From Novakomyces olei (Eukaryota): a stretch of 64,000 nucleotides of DNA. Numbering within the stretch: the first letter of the stretch is position 1; each line of letters starts with the position of its first letter. Below the pieces are notes generated by a model. The model was not told the origin of the DNA. It made no database searches and saw nothing but the letters and a program-made list of their open reading frames with translations. A program made the position numbers and the translations under genes. This document shows positions 55,911-64,000 of the stretch, one piece after another. Where the stretch lies: positions 248,001-312,000 of the forward strand of contig JADEYG010000005.1 of the NCBI GenBank assembly GCA_016906335.1, read 5' to 3'.

Positions 55911-58900
55911 CTATGCGTCTTCCTTTGTACGCTTTGCCCCTGTTTCCTTGTCATTGCCTCCTTCGTCACGTGCTCTTTTACCCGGTGTAAACTGGGAAGC
56001 TCCAACATTTAAAGTAGCAGCTGCTGGTTTCCCATCAGCGGCCGCTGAGCCCTTTATACTGACCACAGCTTGAGGCTTTCCCTTGGCCGCTTGTGCCTGA
56101 TTTCCTGCTCCGGCTTTAGCCACTTGAGGGCGTTTGGTAGCTGCAGCCGCTGGCTGATTTGCCTGCAGCATTTTATTTGTAGCTGAAATTGCTCCTCGAC
56201 CGGCTCCTCCTCCTCGAGCACCTCCACGGCCTCGTCCACGCTGCGTACCTGGCGTCGGCTGATGACCCGCCGACTGCTCGGTCACACTAGTCTCCGGCTG
56301 TGGTTGCTGTTGCTGTTTAGGCTTCTGTTTGCCACGCGTTGGAGATGCTGAAATTTTAGGAACTTCAGGGTTAGGGTTAGGTTTAATCTGAGGTACAGGT
56401 ACTCCGTTGCCTTCACCACGTGTCTCTTGAACAGTCTCCTTGCCAGTCTGAGCTGGAGTCTGATCAATTGGCTGAGCAGTTGGCTGATCAGTTGGCTGAT
56501 CAGTTGGCTGAGCAGTTGGCTGGTCATTTGATTGATCATTTGGCTGATCAGTTGGCTGAGCAGTTGGCTGGTCATTTGATTGATCATTTGGCTGAGCAGA
56601 AGGCTGTACACTAGTCTGAGTCTGAGTCTGAGACCCACTGGCGGCAAGTCTAGTCTTTAAAGAATTAATTTCGCGTTCTGCCTTTTGGAACTTGAGCTTA
56701 TTGCGCATCTCGTTTTCCTCTCTCAAATTTTTCAGCTGCTTTTGTAATTTATCATTAGCCAATTTTTCGCTCTGTTCAACAGCAGACTTGACAGCTTCTT
56801 CCAAGCGCCTCTCAAAGGCGGCAGTTTCTTGTACCACACGCTGCTGAATAGCCGTTTCCAACGCTCCATTTGTCTGTGGATTTGCTTGAAGAGCAGATTC
56901 CAGCTCTGCTTTTGCCTGGCGCAATTGCTCTTGCAAGTCAGAAATCTGATTGTTTAAGGCTTCTTCGCCAGAGGTAGCAGACGCCTGAGCTGGGGCTGCT
57001 CCTTCCACAGGCAATTGCTGTGCTGTTGCTTGTGCAAATCGCTCAGCAATCGCTCTGCCAAGCTCGGAATCATCAGGGTTCTGTAGCAATCCACGTATCT
57101 TGCTGACAATTGCTTCGGGCAAATCCTGTCCCGAACTGTAAGCTTCAACTTGCTTTTTCAAGGCTTCTTTTTCCCTATAAAGCTGAAGTGCCTTTGTACG
57201 AATCTTCTTCTCATTAGCAGCATGATCCGTACTCGCCTTTTGAGCCTCGGCAATTTTAGCCTCAAGCTCGGATATCCGGGACTGAGATTCACTATCAGCT
57301 CCAATAGTCTCGGCTGCAGAAGCACCAGAACTCTTGACCTCCTCCAGTTCTTTCAGGATTTCAGAACATCTGGTTTCCAGGGCAGAGATGCTCGATCTTG
57401 CTCCGTCCAATTCAGTACGCAGATCCGCATTTTCACCTTGTAAATGTGACACTATCTCACTGTCCGCATTGACGTCATTACTGCTGTTTGCACTCTGAAT
57501 ATTTTCGTTGGCTTGCAGCTTTTTTGCCAGTTCACGGGTCTCGTTTACCTTTTCTTCATACTCTTTTGTTTTGTCTGACAATTGCTGTCGCAATTGGGCC
57601 ATTCGGGTCTTGCTCGAGGCAATCGTCTTGTCCAATTGCTGCTTCCATGCATTAGCAACGTCCTGGTTTTTTGTTTGCAGAGATCCGTTCTCGGTTTTAA
57701 GAGACTCCGTCTCGGCCTTTAGCGACTCCGTTTCGGCTTTAAGAGCATCCCGTTCCGCAATCAAGCTTGCCACCTCAGCTTCCAATGCATCGACTTTCTC
57801 CTTCAAATCTTTGAGCTCCTGCGGATCGATCCGCTCGTACCGTTGCAAAATTTGTTGGTTCCGATTACGCCAGCGCTCATTGTCCTGTGTGAGCAGAGTA
57901 ATTTCCGACTTTGAGGCCGTCAATTCCGCCTCCAATTGACAGGCCGACGTCTTGATCGGATCCATTTCCGTCTGCAAGGCACTTATTTGCTCTTGCAAAT
58001 CATTTATTTTGGCAATATTAGCCTCGTTTTCTGCACGAAGAGCAGTATTGCTCTCCCGTAAAATGCTCAGCTCATTAATCTTGCCCAGCAATTCTTGCTG
58101 CTTCACTTGTGTGGCCACCCGGTCCTTTGACTGCTGCCTTTCCTGGTCCAGCTGGCCACGGGCTTCATCGAGCAAACGACTCGTGTTCTCCAACTGCCTC
58201 TTTACCCGCTTCAACTCCTGAGCAGACATCTCCTGCTGCACAACCGCAATCTCTTTTTCCCGTCTCAAGAAACGGACAACTTCTTGCATTGAAGAGCTGC
58301 TGGTGGCATTGTTATTGCTCTCTGAGCCTTGATCCTTTTCTGATCCAACATTAGCCTGCATACGGCCAATCTGGCTATTAATCTGTTGCAGCTGGTCCAA
58401 GAGCAGTTCGTTCTGATGCACAGACGCCTCGTGCCTTGCCTTGACGTCTTGGATTTCTTTTTCCAGCGTCACCCGTTGGATATCCCAACTGGCTCCGGCA
58501 TTAGCCAGCTGCGCTTTTGCTGAATCTGCCTCAGCTCTGGCCGTTTGCAGCTCCGTACTGGCCTGGTTCAAACGCTCTTTCAGGCCAATCAGAGCCTGAG
58601 CTGCCTCCGCGTGCTTTACAAGCTCCCGCTCGTAGTTTGACTGAGCTTCGCCTGCAATATCTGCCTGCCGGCGAAGGTCGGTTTGGTAGACGGTTCGCGA
58701 AGCAATAAATTCTTGCTCTAAATCGAGCAGCCGTGCATTTTCAGCACTGAGCCTATTCAGCTCGGACGACTGGTTGTTTTGTAAATGATCAACCTGCTTT
58801 ATTTTCTCTTCTATCTCCGACTGAGCCGCCGCCAGTTCTCGAAGCACATCTGCCAATCGCGCTTCGAGCTGGGCAGTACTAGCGTCTTTTGCGGCCAATT

Positions 58901-61900
58901 GCTCATCCGTAGACGCCTTGTACTCATCAAAAGCCGAGTTCATTGTCTGCAGAGCCTCTTCAGCAGCACTGCTAATGGACTGCATTTGCTCAGCTCTCTC
59001 TTGCGCATTTCGCAAATCAGCTTGAGCCAGTTCCAGTGCGTTTCGCGTCTGAGAAAGCTCATACTTGAGCCGATGCTCGGCCGACTCTGGGCTTTCTTTG
59101 CTGAAATTATCCTGCAAGAGCTCTAGTTTTTCATTCGCACTCTGTAAAGCCGACTCCAGCTCTACCACCCGCCTGCTGGCAAACGACTCTGAGGCTTTAA
59201 GCGTTGCTAGCTCTTCCCGAGCACTCGACAGATGGCCGCGCGTCTCCTCGATCGTCCGCTGTAGCGTGGCTACTGCTGTCGCATGAGCAGCGTCCTGTTC
59301 GTTTGCCCGGCTGATTTGCTCCTGGTAACGGGCCCGACTGTCTCTCAGATCCGATTCCAACTGGTCCATCTTTGATTCCAGTTTTGATCGGGTTTCTGCA
59401 AACTGAAGCTGCTGCTCGTTCTGTAGCGTCTGCACATTAAGCACCAGCTTGTTCAGTCGCAGCCGCTCATTAGCCAGTGTCTCATTGTCCCCAGAAACTC
59501 TGTCAGCAATCGCTTTGGCCAGGTCCCGTTCGGCTTTAACATTTGCGTTTTCCGCACGAACGCTTGCCAGCAGCGACTGAGTCGTTACCAGCTCTTCTGC
59601 CGTCTGCTGGGTCCTTCCATCCTGACGGGCCAACGAGTCCTGCAGCTGAGCACTGCGCTTTCTGTGCTCTGTAATCTCGTTCTTTGCCATTTCTAGGCTT
59701 CGCTCTAGCAGGGAATAACGCTCATTAGCCATCTCCAGGCTCGATGTCAGCTTGGCATTCTGAACTTGTAGTTCAAGTCGTTTGCTCGACAGCTCAGTTA
59801 CTTGCACAGACAAATTGCGATTGTCGGCCGCTGTTTCGTTCCTGTACGCATCAAAATGCGACTGCAGCTCCCGCAAGACAATTTGATAATTAGTCGAGTC
59901 TGGTTCTCGACCGTTCAGAGATTCGCTTGAACCTTGCTGCTCCGAATCAGCAGCCTCGTCTTTGCTCCTGGATTTATCCTCGCCCAGCATTCGACGGAAC
60001 ATGTCCCGCTCACGGCAATACGATTCTGCTCTGACTTTAAGCGCTTGCAGCTGCTCGTTTTGCTGATCAATTACGTCACGAGCCTCCTTCATCATTGTCT
60101 CGTTTGCCTGCCGAGTGGCCTCGCGAGCACTCTGTTCTTGCTCTTCCATTCGCTCTGTTAATTCTCTCGTGATTCTGAGCAGATTTTCATTCGTTTGCTG
60201 CAGCTCCACAATATTCTTAAAGGTGACAAGACGCTCTGAAATAATTACCGATGCCTCTGACTCTGCTAGTGTCGAAGGCTCAGCCAAGATGCGCTGGAAG
60301 GCCGCCTGCTCTTCGCGACTTAGTATCTCGTTAGGCAAACCAGCAAGCTCAATCTCATACAGCAAAGATCGGACTTGGCGGGACAAGTCTATTTGCTGTT
60401 GCAGATGAAGCGCCCTTTCCTTCTCCAAATCGTTGACTCTTACACGTAAAGATTTGGCTTCATTGACCGCCTTGTCACGCTCACTACTGGCCTCATCTAG
60501 TGTATGGCTCATTTCAACCAACTCCTTTTGCTGCCTCATAAACTCATCACGTTGCTCCTGAATTTTAGGTGCTCTCTCCTCCAGTTCCGAGATCAACTCG
60601 TCTAAACTTTCCTGCAGTCTGGAGCTCTTATGCTTTTCGTGAGCCAGCTCCCTTTGCAAACGCATGTATTCCGCTGATAGTTGAGTGAGTGAAAGCCCAG
60701 ACTTTTGTACACGACTAATAGAATGAGCCGAGGGCGAGAGCAGACCAAGAGCAGAATTGTTGCTCAGAGTAAAATTAGGATCTGACGACTGGCCAGGGGT
60801 AGACGGAGCGTCCTGCTGCTGCTTAAACATGGAAATTTGCTCTTCCAATATAGAAGTTTGCTGCTCTAGCTCATCTGCCCGACTGCGCTCAGCGTTAAAG
60901 GAGTCTCGCAAGTTCTCAATCTCCTTTGCTGAATCTGTATGGAGGGCCTCTAGATCGGCCTCCAATTCAGAGACTCGCTTTTTCGCCTCGTTGGCTGTTA
61001 TATCCAAAAGCTCAATCAACCGTCTCTGGGATTGTGCCTCTGACATATATTGCTCCTCCTGACCAATTATCGTGTCCTGCTGCTCTTTAGTCTTCTCCAG
61101 TAGCTCTGCTACAGTCTTTGCCGCCTCCTCGTACTGCCGTTTGGCTTCAGCAGCAGCTGAATTTGCTGTTATTGCATCACTTTTAATAGCATCCAAGCTT
61201 CGCTCAAGGTCACTAATCTGCTTTGATTTTTCTTGTCGAAAATTAGACAGTTCCTGGCTCGCACGATTGTTCTCCGAATTTAGCCATTCATTACTTTTCT
61301 GTAACAGCTCGTTCTCTTTTTCCAGATTCGATAATTTAAACTGCCATAAAGTTGAGTCACTGATTTTAAATGAAACACATAGAATCAAGATGCCATTAAA
61401 TGAGCAAAATAAATGAACAAAGTAATGAAGAAATTAGATGAAAAAACTAAATTAAAAATTAAATTCTCATTATTGTTTAGAGTCTAACGTACGGAAAGCG
61501 ACAGTTCCCTATCCCTCGCAGCTTCAAGTTCTTGCTCATTATGAGCCACATTAAGCTTGAGCCCATTGATGGTGCTGCGCAGATTAGAAATCTCCTTTTC
61601 TGCTTCGTCTAGAGCTTCGTTCTTGCGAGAAACCATGCTTAGCGTCTCCGAATTAGACGCTCCAAGCTCTTCAACACGTCGGCCAAGCGTAATATTTTGT
61701 CGCTGAAGGCTGTCGATCTGTGAACGCATGCGCGACTCTTCTGCCAACGCTTCATCTGATTTTGAGTCTAACATAAAGGCTTAGTATAGGGTCCTTTTTA
61801 AACCAATTGCTATAATATTACCATTCTGCACGACGCGCTGCCTCAGCTCCGTCAGCTCGGTAGAAGCTGCGTCCAATTGAGACTTGAGCTGTTGAGCTCG

Positions 61901-62230
61901 AATCTCAGCGCTGTGAACCTGCTGCTCTATATCTCTGTCAGTGCCTGTCACAAAAACATAACTATAAAACCTGATCCATTTAATTGAATTAACAAAAACA
62001 CAAATCCAGTAAGGATCAAACGGCGCAAATGACATACCAAACGTTACTTGAGCAATAAATTGATCATTGCGAAAGCTTTCAAACTCGGCCGCACGCTGCA
62101 AAATAGCGGAAAGTAAGGCTTTCGCCTGTGGCCCGCTAAGCAGTGTCGATAAGAGATCATTATCAAGCGATAAAAAGCTGGCAGCGGACGATATATCGTC
62201 GCCCAAGCTCTTTGGCGCTTCGACCTCCAT
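55911..62230 (-). CDS. Nuclear basket coiled-coil protein Tpr/Mlp1/Nup211; introns 61927-62037, 61768-61821, 61341-61492
   Basis: About 2000 aa coiled coil with GLSLTQL, LVTFKNIVELQ..N..LL, AQSNYERELVKHA, RFLRREKEI, LRESN, RW..R..QIL.RY, and a disordered RGRG tail. Confidence 0.93.
56461..56606 (-). repeat. Coding 12-nt repeat encoding QPTA/QPTD/QPND/QSND units in the Tpr tail
   Basis: About 12 tetrapeptide units. Confidence 0.9.
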
Positions 62231-62444
62231 TGGTTTTTCCTTAAAGCCCAGCGCTCAAACCCGCATTAGTACTGCATGCGCAATCAATAAGCGTCGGCCG
62301 TTATTGGACGGGTGTAGCCCTCGGTGCCCTCGTTTGATTTGATATTGGTGAAATGATTTTGGCGTTACAATTTTATTATGTGTGTTTTTGTGTTTATTAT
62401 TGTGTTACAGCCTGCTACTAGCTTTTTTTATTACTTTTATTTTA

Positions 62445-62448
<4 letters not shown>

Positions 62449-62523
<75 letters not shown>

Positions 62524-62535
62524 AATTAATTAAAT
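62449..62535 (+). repeat. (TAAA)n microsatellite in the Tpr/Yme1 divergent promoter
   Basis: Direct reading. Confidence 0.95.
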
Positions 62536-62674
62536 TAAAATATAATAATTAATTAAATATATTTGAACTCCTACAGTCTAGCGTACTATATTAAATTCTC
62601 AGATAAACCAAAGGCAATACGCAATTCATATACGGGCAGAGTGCGCCGTGGAGCATTGTTAGGTTCCGTCACAC

Positions 62675-64000
62675 ATGCGGCCGGCGGCGACCACATGCGG
62701 GCTTTCGCGGCTGGTAAATTTGATCATTAAATTTTAGTTTAATAATTTAATAAATCCGGCCGATCTTCACCTTCTTATTTTTTTTGCATTTTCTCTTGAT
62801 TTATTCCGATTTATTGCGACTAACAATACTTCAAGTTTCTTCAGCGTTATAGCTTGTCTTGCCTCCATCGAAACAACGCAATTGTATGCGCTCGTGCTCG
62901 ATCCGTGGTAGAAAATCACAAATCGAATACTCGGTTTTTCTCCGTTTCAAAGCAGACTGCTTCAGCTTCGAATTGGGTGAGCGGTAAATGGGAGCAATAT
63001 GCGAATCGCGATCTCGGAGATGCAGAGAGACAGGCGGCATTCTACAGGGTAATGATTTGCGACACCAGGAAAGAAGAAATAATGAGTCTCAAGACGCAAA
63101 AGTTGTTTTATTTCTATACACGTGCCAGATTAATGCTAAATAAGAATGAATAATAATGATAAAAGAATAAATAAAAAATTGAATAAAACAGACGACAAAT
63201 AAAATCTAACACGATTAGTATCTTCTCCCTAACAATCCGGAGGCGATTGTGCGACGGTACGAGAATGACAGAGTCGCTCGTAACACAGAATGCGAGCAAC
63301 TTTACAATTCGGCATTAAACAGGCTCGGCGTGAGTGGAGAAAATTCAGAAAAGGCCCAGGCGTCTTCCATCTCGACGGAGGCAACTGGAGAACCTAACCG
63401 GCACGAAACGTCCTTGCCTGCATTTGAGAGAGCATTTGCGGATCGACAAGAGCCCATCAAAGTTCAGCTGGAGGAGGCCCCACGTACACGGATGTTGAGG
63501 CTACTAAGATCTTTGTTTGCTGCTTCCATTGCTGTTTACCTGATAATGTATGGGGTAGATGCCGTTGTAGAATCTTCCGGGCTTAAACGTGTCTGGTCTT
63601 CCTCCAAGATTGAGGAGGTGATGCCGGAAGAAGGGACTACTGTACGGTTTAATGACGTATGTGGAGTAGACGAGGCGAAAGAGGAATTGGAGGAGACTGT
63701 GTCATTTCTCCGGAATCCAAGGCAATTTACAGCTTTGGGAGGGAAACTTCCCAAAGGAATTCTCCTCACGGGTCCACCGGGTACAGGCAAGACTATGTTG
63801 GCTCGTGCCGTTGCTGGAGAGGCTAATGTTCCTTTCTTCGTTATGAGTGGAAGCCAATTCGACGAAGTATTTGTTGGTGTAGGCGCAAAACGTGTACGTG
63901 AGCTTTTTGCTACAGCTCGAGCTCGTGCTCCCAGTATCGTTTTCATTGATGAGCTCGATGCTATTGGACAAAAGAGAAACGCAAAAGAAGCTGCTCACGC
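62675..64000 (+). CDS. YME1: 5' part of mitochondrial i-AAA protease Yme1; introns 62714-62835 and 63049-63218; runs off the window
   Basis: ANRD...[21 protein letters not shown]-domain, [45 protein letters not shown]. The start codon is inferred. Confidence 0.92.

Noticed and set aside
56367-56381. AGGGTTAGGGTTAGG as an interstitial telomere
   Set aside because: It encodes PNPNP within the Tpr coding sequence on the minus strand.

Overview
Gene-dense eukaryotic (ascomycete fungal) genomic DNA, not prokaryotic. Short spliceosomal introns (34-573 nt) with a CTAAC/YTRAY branch point close to the 3' AG, a trifunctional TrpG-TrpC-TrpF gene and a peroxiredoxin very like fission-yeast Pmp20 suggest Taphrinomycotina (inference). 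By manual splicing I resolve 26 protein-coding genes and 36 introns: FG-nucleoporin 3' end, DIP2-family ligase, Exo84, Drs1, eIF5B, a WHIM1 protein, mitochondrial Lon, Gpi17, Ceg1, LAMTOR1/Ego1, Psg1, Trp1, an acyl-CoA dehydrogenase, Ntr2, an Mtm1-like carrier, Nce102, Tom70, a small orphan, GAPDH, Pmp20, a DUF1992 protein, an RraA-like aldolase, a MYST acetyltransferase, an NmrA-like oxidoreductase, Tpr/Mlp and the Yme1 5' end. I found no tRNA, rRNA, CRISPR or transposon. Most notable: an intronless bacterial-type NmrA gene (horizontal-transfer candidate), a 78-codon poly-Asn tract inside Trp1, long AT-rich simple repeats in introns and intergenic spacers, stop-free in-frame introns, a GC-AG micro-intron, palindromic micro-introns, and telomere-like AACCCT(A/G)A boxes in divergent promoters. 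I did not find a clearly new multi-gene system. Family calls are from motif recognition, not database searches.
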